64,000 nucleotides of DNA from a virus. Position 1 is the stretch's first letter. The number at the start of each line of letters is the position of its first letter. The position numbers were made by a program, and so were the translations under genes. The DNA is taken from positions 1 to 64,000 of the IMG/VR virus record IMGVR_UViG_3300032222_000151; one strand, 5' to 3'. This document shows, in pieces, positions 25,074-34,093 of this stretch. The notes under the pieces were generated by a model. The model ran no database searches, was not told where the DNA came from, and saw only the letters and a list, made by a program, of their open reading frames with translations.

Positions 25074-25461
25074 CGTTAATCCCTTCTCGTAGTTTATCCA
25101 TTATAAAAAGCATCTTATCTAATTGTACCCTATCCATGTGTATGGTGTCAACTTGCTCTGCAGAGTCTTTATCAATAATTTCATTAACAATTGGTGCCCT
25201 GTAAAAGATATTATCCTTAATCCAGTATGCCTGGCTATCAAAAATGATAACCTTTATGTTGGTTTTATCATAATGCACCTTAGACTGAGTTCTTGTATTT
25301 AATTTTCTTGAGTTTTTCTTCCTCGTGCTATACCTATATTGCAGCATAGACTGGCTGATGATTTGAGTTGGCTCATTACTTTTTTTATTTATTCTTAAGT
25401 AAATAATTAAAAGGACAAAGAGGGATGCTGTTGCAGTTGCTGCACCGTAAACACTATTCAT
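25048..25461 (-). CDS. hypothetical membrane-anchored protein
   Basis: N-terminal TM segment; AYWIKDNIFY.A. Confidence 0.7.
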   Translation of the reverse strand: MNSVYGAATATASLFVLLIIYLRINKKSNEPTQIISQSMLQYRYSTRKKNSRKLNTRTQSKVHYDKTNIKVIIFDSQAYWIKDNIFYRAPIVNEIIDKDSAEQVDTIHMDRVQLDKMLFIMDKLREGINDDSRGSGN

Positions 25462-25485
25462 TCTGCACCCCCACCCATAATTGTA

Positions 25486-25815
25486 TCACTTTTTACCAGA
25501 TAAAACTCTGACAATCTCTTCCATAATTACTCTTTCGTCTTTCTCTAAACCTTTTATTTCTTTAGCATCAAAAGATTTTGGCCCTAACTTAACCATTGGA
25601 TCGGCATCTGTCACATCCATGTCTATAAACCCCTTTTCCCATAACTTTAAAGTTGTAGATGAAAAATAGTTTTGTATCTCAGTGCTTAGTTTTGGATCAA
25701 TATCTTTTAATGAATCTGTAGGTCTGTATAGAGCCTCTCCAGTTTCACGATCTACACCAGCAAACTCAAGACCGCCATTTAATATAAGGTTGTCTACTGC
25801 ATCAAATTCATTCAT
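25486..25815 (-). CDS. conserved hypothetical protein
   Basis: LILNGGLEFAGVD..TGE.LY...LWEKGFI. Confidence 0.7.
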   Translation of the reverse strand: MNEFDAVDNLILNGGLEFAGVDRETGEALYRPTDSLKDIDPKLSTEIQNYFSSTTLKLWEKGFIDMDVTDADPMVKLGPKSFDAKEIKGLEKDERVIMEEIVRVLSGKK

Positions 25816-26018
25816 TACTTTCTGCCCCACTGAATATTGTTCCAGCCTCGCTCATGTGCATAGTAGATAAATACTTTAACTACCGTTTCCCAAAATGCAA
25901 TTGCACCTGATAAAGTTGCATCTCCTGTCAAGACATAAGCAACAACAAATGACGACAATGTACCCCATATGCGATAACTCAGTGCCTTAACAAACGACCT
26001 AGCCTTTGTTACTGTCAT
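25815..26018 (-). CDS. DUF2061 membrane protein
   Basis: RSFVKALSYR...YYAHERGW. Confidence 0.85.
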   Translation of the reverse strand: MTVTKARSFVKALSYRIWGTLSSFVVAYVLTGDATLSGAIAFWETVVKVFIYYAHERGWNNIQWGRK

Positions 26019-26230
26019 TCTTTACCCCAGGAGACAGAATTCCAAACTCTTTCATGGTAGTAATAAGCAACAAAGTTAACACCATTAGTTATAACTGTTG
26101 CAAGCGTTGCCATGTTAATATCTTTACTTAGTGCGTACAATGTTATGAACGTTGTCAACAAAGCAACAACTCTCCATGTCAAAGACTTGACAAGAGATCT
26201 ACTTTTCTTTACGCTCATCTTTATCTCCAA
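26015..26230 (-). CDS. DUF2061 membrane protein
   Basis: RSLVKSLTWR...YYYHERVW. Confidence 0.85.
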   Translation of the reverse strand: MEIKMSVKKSRSLVKSLTWRVVALLTTFITLYALSKDINMATLATVITNGVNFVAYYYHERVWNSVSWGKE

Positions 26231-26283
26231 ACATTAGTCGCTCTTCTGCTTCGTTCATTAGGCGACCAGACTCTTCTAAGTAA

Positions 26284-27045
26284 TTAAATACCCATTTGCT
26301 TGCGTTTTTCAGTAGCCGAAATAGCATGAATGTCTGCCCCCAAGTCTACTTGCTCAATCTTGTATCCAACATCACGACCATAAACAATGTTAGTAATGTT
26401 AGGAAGTCTAAGTACTAATGCACCATCCATGAAGTCATCCTTGGCGATATAACCTTTTACCTGATCAAAAGTAAGTGGGTCCTTCTCGCTTGTATTATAG
26501 GTATTACGGACTCCAAGTAGGACTTGCTCTGTTCTCTTCCCCGCTTCTTTATACAGAGCGTGGTGGCCTTCATGCCAGGGCTGGTACCTACCTAGCATAA
26601 GAGTTGTAGGTGCAGACCAATCATGAAGACTAAACTTATCAATGATGTGAGATGCCTTTGCTTCTGCATCTAAGTTATGACTAATAAATGATACATCTGC
26701 ATTATCTGGTCGTTCAAACATCTTGTTTGTATCTTCAAATCTACCCTCAGCAATTGTATCCATAAATACCAATATGTCTGGCTTGCCAAATGCTGCACGA
26801 GTAATATCTGTTGGACATACAAAGTCAACAATTACTGGAGCAACACCCTGCTTAGAAATAAGTCTTGCCATCTCTCCCATGCGTCGTGCTTGCTCAATTC
26901 TATCTTCAGGTGTAAACCCCAAGTCTGAATTCACTGTTGCACGAACTTCGTCAGCGTTTAGATGAATAGCATTAATACGTTCTTTTAGAGCCTTTGCTAA
27001 CTCTGTTTTTCCTGATCCTGGAAGACCAATAATTTGAATAATCAT
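26284..27045 (-). CDS. APS kinase (CysC-like) fused to a HIGH-motif nucleotidyltransferase
   Basis: GLPGSGKT, ADEVR...DLGFTPEDR (APS kinase); GRYQPWHEGH (cytidylyltransferase superfamily). Confidence 0.8.
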   Translation of the reverse strand: MIIQIIGLPGSGKTELAKALKERINAIHLNADEVRATVNSDLGFTPEDRIEQARRMGEMARLISKQGVAPVIVDFVCPTDITRAAFGKPDILVFMDTIAEGRFEDTNKMFERPDNADVSFISHNLDAEAKASHIIDKFSLHDWSAPTTLMLGRYQPWHEGHHALYKEAGKRTEQVLLGVRNTYNTSEKDPLTFDQVKGYIAKDDFMDGALVLRLPNITNIVYGRDVGYKIEQVDLGADIHAISATEKRKQMGI

Positions 27046-27260
27046 ACTTCTTCTCTTCTCCAATGTATAAATGATTTTATATAAACTGCTGCATATGCAA
27101 TTGCTGAAAATATAAAACCGTACTGATCTGTAATAATAGCATACGCTATCCACAAGCATTCATTAACACACAAAACAAGCCATCCCCATATAGTCTTACG
27201 ACCAACGAAGTATATGCCTGCAACTCCTATTACTGCTAAAACCCATGACCACATAAGCAT
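27042..27260 (-). CDS. small 3-TM membrane protein (PnuC-like half transporter)
   Basis: WSWVLAVIGV.GIYFVGRK..WGW...W. Confidence 0.55.
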   Translation of the reverse strand: MLMWSWVLAVIGVAGIYFVGRKTIWGWLVLCVNECLWIAYAIITDQYGFIFSAIAYAAVYIKSFIHWRREEV

Positions 27261-27295
27261 TCCTAACTATTATATATATAAGTATACCAGGAACA

Positions 27296-27919
27296 CTACT
27301 GGTTTGCAACTAGGTTTTGATAATGAACTCTATTTTCCCAAAATCCTGGAGTCATATATTTTTCTCCACTAAGTACTGGCATGGACTCATGAAAGTATGG
27401 TGATCTTGATGGGAACACTGCAATACTTCCTGCAGAAGGCTTGATCTTAATATTCTGATTCTGAAAGTTTAATTCTCCGCCAGTATAGTCATCATTTAAA
27501 TACAGAACAACAGATATTGTTTTACCCTTGTCATCATCGTGGCAGTCAACATGAGGGCCCATCATGCTTCCAACAAAGTATTTACTTATTGACATTGGGC
27601 ATAGCATTCCAATATCAAGACCTGGGTGCATAGACTCATAGTCTTTTGATACAGAGTAGATTGCATTATAAAGAACTTTATATACCTTTTCAGACTCAAC
27701 GTCAATGCTGTTAGTAAGATCAAACAGTTCTTCCCTGATCATCTTTTGTTTACCAAAGGCATAATCTGACTGATAGGCAGTCCAGTCTGCCCACTTAGAC
27801 AGACCACTTTTTTCTGTTAAATGCTCATCAAGATCTTCTATTTTTTTAATTAAAGATTTTGTGTCTTCTATTACATTTTCATAATAGTAAATGTTTTCTT
27901 CAAGTATGTTTCTATTCAT
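27296..27919 (-). CDS. 2OG-Fe(II) oxygenase (P4H-like)
   Basis: HVD, YLNDDYTGGEL.F, AGS..FPS, HES, KY. Confidence 0.88.
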   Translation of the reverse strand: MNRNILEENIYYYENVIEDTKSLIKKIEDLDEHLTEKSGLSKWADWTAYQSDYAFGKQKMIREELFDLTNSIDVESEKVYKVLYNAIYSVSKDYESMHPGLDIGMLCPMSISKYFVGSMMGPHVDCHDDDKGKTISVVLYLNDDYTGGELNFQNQNIKIKPSAGSIAVFPSRSPYFHESMPVLSGEKYMTPGFWENRVHYQNLVANQ

Positions 27920-28103
27920 TCTTATCCTCGGATTCAGTAATCTTATTTCCAAAAAATTCTTTTAGTTGATCATAAAAAAAATAATCTTCTTTGCTGGTTT
28001 CTGTATTTTCAGAAAGCCTATAAAGAATATCTCCAGACTCAATGTCAACTGCTGCAAACTCAACAGAGCCGTCAAGTATCATGTCTGGTATATCTTTATT
28101 CAT
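27912..28103 (-). CDS. truncated paralog of the 25486 gene
   Basis: MILDGSVEFAAVDIESGDILYR matches LILNGGLEFAGVDRETGEALYR. Confidence 0.6.
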   Translation of the reverse strand: MNKDIPDMILDGSVEFAAVDIESGDILYRLSENTETSKEDYFFYDQLKEFFGNKITESEDKNE

Positions 28104-28344
28104 GAATAAACCTGTAAAGTTGATCTCTTGTTTGTGCGCCAATAATTCTTTTTATTTCTTTGTTTTCTGAAAGCAAAACAAAAGTTGGAACGCTTTGTAT
28201 TGAAAAACTTTTTGCAAGTTCTATTTCTGAATCAGAGTCTATGATCTGTATTGATTCACCTTCTGATATCAATTCTTCAACTATTGGCCTTACCCTTTTA
28301 CATGGGCCACACCAGTCTGCGGTAAAATAAAGAACATGTTTCAC
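28096..28344 (-). CDS. thioredoxin
   Basis: FTADWCGPCK, SVPTF. Confidence 0.93.
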   Translation of the reverse strand: MKHVLYFTADWCGPCKRVRPIVEELISEGESIQIIDSDSEIELAKSFSIQSVPTFVLLSENKEIKRIIGAQTRDQLYRFIHE

Positions 28345-28748
28345 TTGCCAGACTTCTTTCTAGCCTTTGCTAGTGCATCAAAGTCCTTTACCTTTGTATC
28401 ACCTAGGTATCCCCAAGCATATCCATCATTGATCATCATATCGTTAAGGGATACTGTGTTGCCATCTACGTATACCCAGCCTAAAATGCGACCATACTTT
28501 TCAGATGAGTCCATCTTCTCAGTCTTAATCACAACAGACTTAGCATCCTTAAGAGACTTCTTTAGATACTCCTTGGCTTCTAGACCTAGAGCCTTTTCAG
28601 CAAGGTCTTTAGTGCGAGACTCAGGGGTATCAATACCAGCCAATCTAACACGAGATGCAAACAGGATATCAAAACCCAAGTCAATAAGAACGTCAATGGT
28701 ATCTCCATCTACAACATTCTCTACTTTTCTTACATAGTATTCATACAT
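28341..28748 (-). CDS. thermonuclease (SNase-like)
   Basis: VVDGDTI, RLAGIDTPE, KYGRILG. Confidence 0.92.
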   Translation of the reverse strand: MYEYYVRKVENVVDGDTIDVLIDLGFDILFASRVRLAGIDTPESRTKDLAEKALGLEAKEYLKKSLKDAKSVVIKTEKMDSSEKYGRILGWVYVDGNTVSLNDMMINDGYAWGYLGDTKVKDFDALAKARKKSGK

Positions 28749-29583
28749 TATTTTCTCCTTTTGTTATTTCTTGTATTAGTCCATTAACTAGTATATCATT
28801 TTTTTTACTAAGTTCATGAGGCTGACCCAAAAACTCCCACCTATGAGTATTTATTAGAACATCTGTAATTCCTTCTGACTCTAGTTCTAGTAACTGCTTT
28901 TTAACATCATCTCTAGTACCGACTATGGACATTTCTAAAAATCTTTGCCCCTGCGTTGGTAGAAATTCTACATATTCTTTTACATCTTTTTGTGTTTCTA
29001 GGATAATTGGAGAAACTGAAACCATCCTATTTGTAATTCCTTCAAACCTGACCTTATTATTTCTGTAGTCGTCTATCATTGACAAAGATGTACCACCAAA
29101 CATTTTTGTTGTTTCCAGTGTATACTCAGAGTATCCACTAAAAACCATTTCTGGTCTTTTACTTACAAAATCCATAGAGTTATAATCTTGAATAAACTTT
29201 CGTAAAAATGTTGTTTTTTTTATTATACTATCTAAAGTATCGGTATTGCCATAAACATCCACTTGTGGCTTTTCTTCTGGCCTGTTATGTGAATCTCCAG
29301 CAATCCAGTTAAAAATTAACCTGTTTGGGTCAATCTGATTAAATCCTTCAGTGATCATGGCACAATACTGTGGGCTCATGTGGTATGGACGCAAAGCAAT
29401 CATATACTTTAGTTTGTTTCCTGGTACTAAAGCAGCAGCAGACTTTATTAAATAGTCTGGGCTTTCTGAATGAAAGGTAAGCAGCAAAGATTCATATCCG
29501 ACACCTTCTAAATAATTAGAAATAACTGTTAACTCTGTTGCACTTAGAGGGTGCCCCCTCCACATATGGTGAAACCTTAACAT
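28741..29583 (-). CDS. luciferase-like monooxygenase (SsuD-like)
   Basis: KYMIALRP..SP......F.QI..NRL.FN.IAG; C-terminal IVGT...V...L. Confidence 0.75.
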   Translation of the reverse strand: MLRFHHMWRGHPLSATELTVISNYLEGVGYESLLLTFHSESPDYLIKSAAALVPGNKLKYMIALRPYHMSPQYCAMITEGFNQIDPNRLIFNWIAGDSHNRPEEKPQVDVYGNTDTLDSIIKKTTFLRKFIQDYNSMDFVSKRPEMVFSGYSEYTLETTKMFGGTSLSMIDDYRNNKVRFEGITNRMVSVSPIILETQKDVKEYVEFLPTQGQRFLEMSIVGTRDDVKKQLLELESEGITDVLINTHRWEFLGQPHELSKKNDILVNGLIQEITKGENNV

Positions 29584-29808
29584 TTAAATTAACTTTGATC
29601 GTTCGTCAGTAATAGTTATAGCAAACTTCATCATTTTTTCATATCCTACTACATTTTCCATGATCTTGTTATAGTGATGACCGCAGAACAACAAGTCTCC
29701 GTTTATCCCAGTTACTTGAACTAATGCTTCTGCTGTGCACCTATCACATCTATCCTTTGGTGTAAGAGTCCATTCAATCTTCTCTTCTACTTTAGTCATT
29801 GTAATCAT
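29584..29808 (-). CDS. conserved actinobacterial zinc-binding protein
   Basis: DRCDRC.AEA...G.LLFCGHH. Confidence 0.7.
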   Translation of the reverse strand: MITMTKVEEKIEWTLTPKDRCDRCTAEALVQVTGINGDLLFCGHHYNKIMENVVGYEKMMKFAITITDERSKLI

Positions 29809-29809
29809 A

Positions 29810-29995
29810 TTATACCCTTCGATTGTCGGTGGAATAAAATCCAGAGCCATTGAAAACAGCCCCTACATTAGAGTATACACGAGTTAGGTCTGTATTGCAA
29901 GTCTCACATTTATATCCTGGATCTTCTGCAGTTATAGACCTTTGCTTAATAAAATTTTCACTGCACTTAGCGCAGTTGTATTCATATATTGCCAT
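29810..29995 (-). CDS. FmdB-family zinc ribbon protein
   Basis: IYEYNC..C...C..C...FNGSGFYSTD. Confidence 0.88.
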   Translation of the reverse strand: MAIYEYNCAKCSENFIKQRSITAEDPGYKCETCNTDLTRVYSNVGAVFNGSGFYSTDNRRV

Positions 29996-30098
29996 TACTT
30001 CTTTTTCTTTTCTTTTACAGTCCAGTATGGCAAGTTTAGTTTGTCTCCGCCCCACTCATATCCAAGCAACTTTACTACTGCTTTAATTATTTTGATTC

Positions 30099-30674
30099 TC
30101 ATTTATCTCTCCTTTCATTTAAAAAGCATATAATGTTTACTCTATTTCCTGAAATAACTTCTTGAACCTCATGCTCAAGATCTTCATTTCCTATAAATGT
30201 CAACATTGTTCCAGGCTCTGGCCTTAAACTAGTTTCTAGTTTTGGAAAGTGAATCAGACCACCTTCGTAAGAGTCTGAAAGATACAGTATTGCAGAGTAG
30301 TCCTGTGAGTAATCTTCTGAATAGTTATCAACATGCAAGGAATTTTTACCACCCTCTGTCATATGACTATAAAAGTATGACCTAAGAACTAGATCTTTTT
30401 TAAAAACAGAAGATACAGTTTTTTCTATATTTGTACATATAGATGTAAAAAGATCTATAGAAATGTTTTCTGAGGTGTCTTCAGTTTTACCTGATATCTT
30501 GTGAAGGCCAGAGGTTTTCCATGCATCTCTCTTTTCATCTCCACCAGGCCCACCAGCAATTCCTGGCTTACCAATATTTTTTAAGTTTTTAGAAAATCCA
30601 TCTATTAGGAATTGACATGTTTCTGGAAAGATAAACTCTTCCAAAATAAATAACTTATTGCCTATGTCTTTCAT
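30099..30674 (-). CDS. 2OG-Fe(II) oxygenase (P4H-like)
   Basis: HVD, YLSDSYEGG...FP, PG, HEV, R. Confidence 0.87.
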   Translation of the reverse strand: MKDIGNKLFILEEFIFPETCQFLIDGFSKNLKNIGKPGIAGGPGGDEKRDAWKTSGLHKISGKTEDTSENISIDLFTSICTNIEKTVSSVFKKDLVLRSYFYSHMTEGGKNSLHVDNYSEDYSQDYSAILYLSDSYEGGLIHFPKLETSLRPEPGTMLTFIGNEDLEHEVQEVISGNRVNIICFLNERRDK

Positions 30675-30874
30675 TAGTTAAAGTCCTTTCCAAAAGTAGC
30701 CCAGCCTCTTTCATATATATAGTATACAACAGTTTCTAGTAAAGTTTGCAGCAATGACATAGTTATTGCAATTACTATGCTACCAGTAAGAAGGTATGCT
30801 ATAAAAGCAACCATAAGTATGTTTATAGCATACCAACCAACTGACTTAACTATACTTCTTTTTATAGACTCCAT
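30674..30874 (-). CDS. DUF2061 membrane protein
   Basis: MESIKRSIVKS..W...YYIYERGW. Confidence 0.8.
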   Translation of the reverse strand: MESIKRSIVKSVGWYAINILMVAFIAYLLTGSIVIAITMSLLQTLLETVVYYIYERGWATFGKDFN

Positions 30875-31074
30875 TAGGAAATCTTTGTACCAAACCTTGC
30901 CCAAACTCTTTCATGTAAAAAGTAGCCAAGTGCTTCCCATCCAATGTATAGTAGTGCACCAAGAGATGCGTACTCCCACTCACCAGTGAAAAGATAGATT
31001 ACTCCAGCAACACCAACAAGGTGAAATGTTTCCCAACTTGCTGTCTTTAGCAATGTTCTTTTTGTTGAGTCCAT
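30874..31074 (-). CDS. DUF2061 membrane protein
   Basis: MDSTKRTLLKT.SW...YFLHERVW. Confidence 0.82.
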   Translation of the reverse strand: MDSTKRTLLKTASWETFHLVGVAGVIYLFTGEWEYASLGALLYIGWEALGYFLHERVWARFGTKIS

Positions 31075-31695
31075 TTACTTTGCCTTCTTTACAACAGGCT
31101 TAGCAGCCTTTGGAGCGTCCTTCTTTGGTGCAGGGGTTGATGTTGTTGCTGATGCTACTACCTTGTTTAGTAGTGGAGCATTCTCTTCTCCAGCATACAC
31201 TGGACGACCCCAACCAACAACTGCATTAACTAACTTCTTCTTATTATTCTTTACATATGCACGAGTCTTTTCTACGCACATTCCTCCGTTGCGCTGGTCT
31301 CCCTTTGCAGTTCCTGAAGTATTTCCTTCAATAACTTGGATTGTTCCATCGCCATTGTTCTTAATGCAAAGACCAACATGTGAAATACGATTTACACCAT
31401 CATCTGGGAAATCAAAATAAATCCAGTCTCCTGCCTGTGGATCATCATTACGAGCATCAGACCAACGCTCAGCCTTCTTAAACCAATCTGCTGCTGCAAC
31501 TGTTGATGCAGACTTAGGGAATGACTTTACTCCCGCAGTAAATGCACACCAAGAAACGAATGATTGGCACCATGGTTGGAAGTTTACCTTGATCCATGCA
31601 CCATACTTTGTTTCGTTATCCTTTGGGCCTTCAATTGTGCCCACTTCTTTCTTTGCAACCTCAATGATTGCCTCTAAACTACCTTTTGCTGCCAT
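31075..31695 (-). CDS. CHAP-domain endolysin/amidase
   Basis: QPWCQSFVSW, SHVG, IEGNT; AAGGAGG SD. Confidence 0.88.
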   Translation of the reverse strand: MAAKGSLEAIIEVAKKEVGTIEGPKDNETKYGAWIKVNFQPWCQSFVSWCAFTAGVKSFPKSASTVAAADWFKKAERWSDARNDDPQAGDWIYFDFPDDGVNRISHVGLCIKNNGDGTIQVIEGNTSGTAKGDQRNGGMCVEKTRAYVKNNKKKLVNAVVGWGRPVYAGEENAPLLNKVVASATTSTPAPKKDAPKAAKPVVKKAK

Positions 31696-31731
31696 GTCTG
31701 GCCTCCTTTGTCTCTTATATATTATAGCACC

Positions 31732-33165
31732 TTACCTGAATATTGTAAAGTTATATTCTTTTTCCCACTTAATAATGTCAGTCTCATCATTAAGAAGTGG
31801 CTGACCTTTTATATTAAGGCTAGTGTTGAGCAATACTGGAACACCAGTCTCAAGATAAAACCTATTTATAACTCTGTATAAACCACGATGTTGATTTCTA
31901 TTTACTGTTTGAACCCTTGATGTTCCGTCAGCATGAACAACTGATGGTATCTTGTCTGGCTGAAGGCACTTAACTGTATACTGCATATAAGGGCTTGCAA
32001 AGTCCATGTCAAACCATTTAGAGGCGCACTCTTCAAGAACTACTGGAGCAAAAGGTCTAAACAACTCTCTTTGTTTAATTAAATTAACTTTGTCTTTTAT
32101 TAATGGATCTCTTGGGTCAGCCAGTATACTTCTATTTCCAAGGGCTCTTGGACCATACTCTGCTCTGCCTGATGCCACTGCTACTATTCCATTTTTTAAT
32201 ATACCGTCCACAATTTGCTGAACAGGATACTCTCCTCCAAGATCATAACCAAGATATGGAGTCTTCCAGTCAAGATGCTTTCCGTATAGGGCTGCTGCAG
32301 CACCCAAAGAACTACCAGCATCTCCAGGGTTAGGCATGATCCATATCATATCAAATATATTCCATAGCAATGTGTTTGCTGATGAGTTAAGTGCACAACC
32401 ACCCATAAATACTAAATTCTTTTTACCAGTAATAGAATAGGCCATATGCATAAAATCATTTAGTCTTTGCTGATATACAACTTGAACTGCTGCAGCAATA
32501 TCAAACCTATCTTGCTCAGTTATAGGAATACCCCAGTCATTAATTCCTTTATGAAAGTTATATTTTTGTTTTGAATGGGATGGGAAATACTCATCAACCT
32601 CTTTGTAATATCTTTTCCAGTCTCCATAAGCAGCCATACCCATCATAATATACTCTTCTTGGTTCGGCATTAGTCCAATCAGTTGGGTAAAAGCAGAATA
32701 GAATAAGCCAAAACTAACTGGATAGTTTTGCTTATACTTAAGCCTAATTTTTTCACCCTCTCCAACCCAAATTGTTGAGGTATTAAATTCACCAATTGCA
32801 TCTAATACTACAATACATGCATCATTAAATGCGCTAGTATAGTAACCAGCAGATGCATGCGAGTAGTGGTGCCCAAAGTTTTTTCTTGGCAAGTCTCCAA
32901 GTTCTGTAGACTCAAACCATGGTCTATCTCCTCCAAATCCACCACGAGTTTTTACTCTAAGTTTCTTAAGTAAAGGTTTTTCGTAGTAAGCAATCTGATC
33001 TGGATATCCATATTGCAGGGCATCTTTAATCAGTCCTTTGTTTGTGAACCAGTCATTTTTTTGCTTACTATATCTTTCTGCATGCCCAGCAAAAAGTATC
33101 TCTCCATCTTTAATTAAAGATACTGATGCGTCATGTGTGGTTTCATTAACTCCAAGGATTAACAA
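31732..33165 (-). CDS. carbamoyltransferase (NodU/CmcH family)
   Basis: HDAS, HHYSHA, DAIGE, MGMAAYG, GGCALN, GPRALGNRS, FRPFAP, LLNTSLN. Confidence 0.95.
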   Translation of the reverse strand: MLILGVNETTHDASVSLIKDGEILFAGHAERYSKQKNDWFTNKGLIKDALQYGYPDQIAYYEKPLLKKLRVKTRGGFGGDRPWFESTELGDLPRKNFGHHYSHASAGYYTSAFNDACIVVLDAIGEFNTSTIWVGEGEKIRLKYKQNYPVSFGLFYSAFTQLIGLMPNQEEYIMMGMAAYGDWKRYYKEVDEYFPSHSKQKYNFHKGINDWGIPITEQDRFDIAAAVQVVYQQRLNDFMHMAYSITGKKNLVFMGGCALNSSANTLLWNIFDMIWIMPNPGDAGSSLGAAAALYGKHLDWKTPYLGYDLGGEYPVQQIVDGILKNGIVAVASGRAEYGPRALGNRSILADPRDPLIKDKVNLIKQRELFRPFAPVVLEECASKWFDMDFASPYMQYTVKCLQPDKIPSVVHADGTSRVQTVNRNQHRGLYRVINRFYLETGVPVLLNTSLNIKGQPLLNDETDIIKWEKEYNFTIFR

Positions 33166-33995
33166 TTTTCTTCCAATTCTGAAACATTTATACCTGCATA
33201 ATTATCAAGATATGTTTTATATGCATGGCAAGACCAGTAGTCGTGGTAGGCTGATCCAAGATGTTTTCCATCTCTTGCAATAAGAGATTCTGACTTATTA
33301 TTTTTTTGATCGTTAACAAAATCTGAAACATTATTTATTTTGGTGTTGCTAAAAGTTTTAAAATTTTCTAAGATATGCACATCGTGACCTAAATACCAAG
33401 TAAAAGATATCAGCAATATATTATTAGAAAGACAGTACTGCTCTAGCATATAGTAGTACTGGTATGCAAGCAACTCTAAAACTTTATTGTCTGAAATGTT
33501 TGATCGATAAAAATTTTTATCTTCTTTGCTATAAGCATAAAACCTTGTAATGTCTTGAACATTAAAAAATATCACATCTGGATTTCCAAAAGTTTTAAAG
33601 TATTTGAATGCATTAGTTATTGATGAATATATAGAGTCCCCTGGAACTGCAAGATTAAAAAATCCAGAAACATCTCTGACTTCTTTTATTTTGTTATATG
33701 TTTTTTTTGACCAAACTTCATCAAGAAATAGCCCAGTGCCCCATGTATAAGAACATCCCAAAAACAAAACATGCAGCCCGTCATGATCTTTTTTAAATTC
33801 TTCAGACCTAAAGCCATATCTATTAATTTCTGTCTTAAGTGTTTGAGCATGATTTTTTTTAAATGTGTCTGACCAAATTTCTGGATTAGGAGATACACTT
33901 GATATTGGCATTTCAAAAAATATACTTTTTTCTAATAAAGCGCTCTGCCCAACACTGTCTGGCTTTATATAAAAGTTTTTTAGTTTATGCATCAA
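33159..33995 (-). CDS. SGNH-hydrolase-like phage protein
   Basis: NRYGFRS, LGCSYTWG, NLAVPG, DGKH. Confidence 0.7.
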   Translation of the reverse strand: MMHKLKNFYIKPDSVGQSALLEKSIFFEMPISSVSPNPEIWSDTFKKNHAQTLKTEINRYGFRSEEFKKDHDGLHVLFLGCSYTWGTGLFLDEVWSKKTYNKIKEVRDVSGFFNLAVPGDSIYSSITNAFKYFKTFGNPDVIFFNVQDITRFYAYSKEDKNFYRSNISDNKVLELLAYQYYYMLEQYCLSNNILLISFTWYLGHDVHILENFKTFSNTKINNVSDFVNDQKNNKSESLIARDGKHLGSAYHDYWSCHAYKTYLDNYAGINVSELEENC

Positions 33996-34093
33996 TATAT
34001 AAACTTCTTCTTCTTAATAATTTTTTTTATTTTTCTTATTATAAAATAATTTTTTATTGATGTATAAATCTTTTTAAATATTCTCATACCCTG

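Noticed and set aside
29995-30102. Suspected frameshift in a small ORF upstream of the FmdB gene
   Set aside because: Re-reading gives an intact 35-aa frame (MRIKIIK...LPYWTVKEKKKK).
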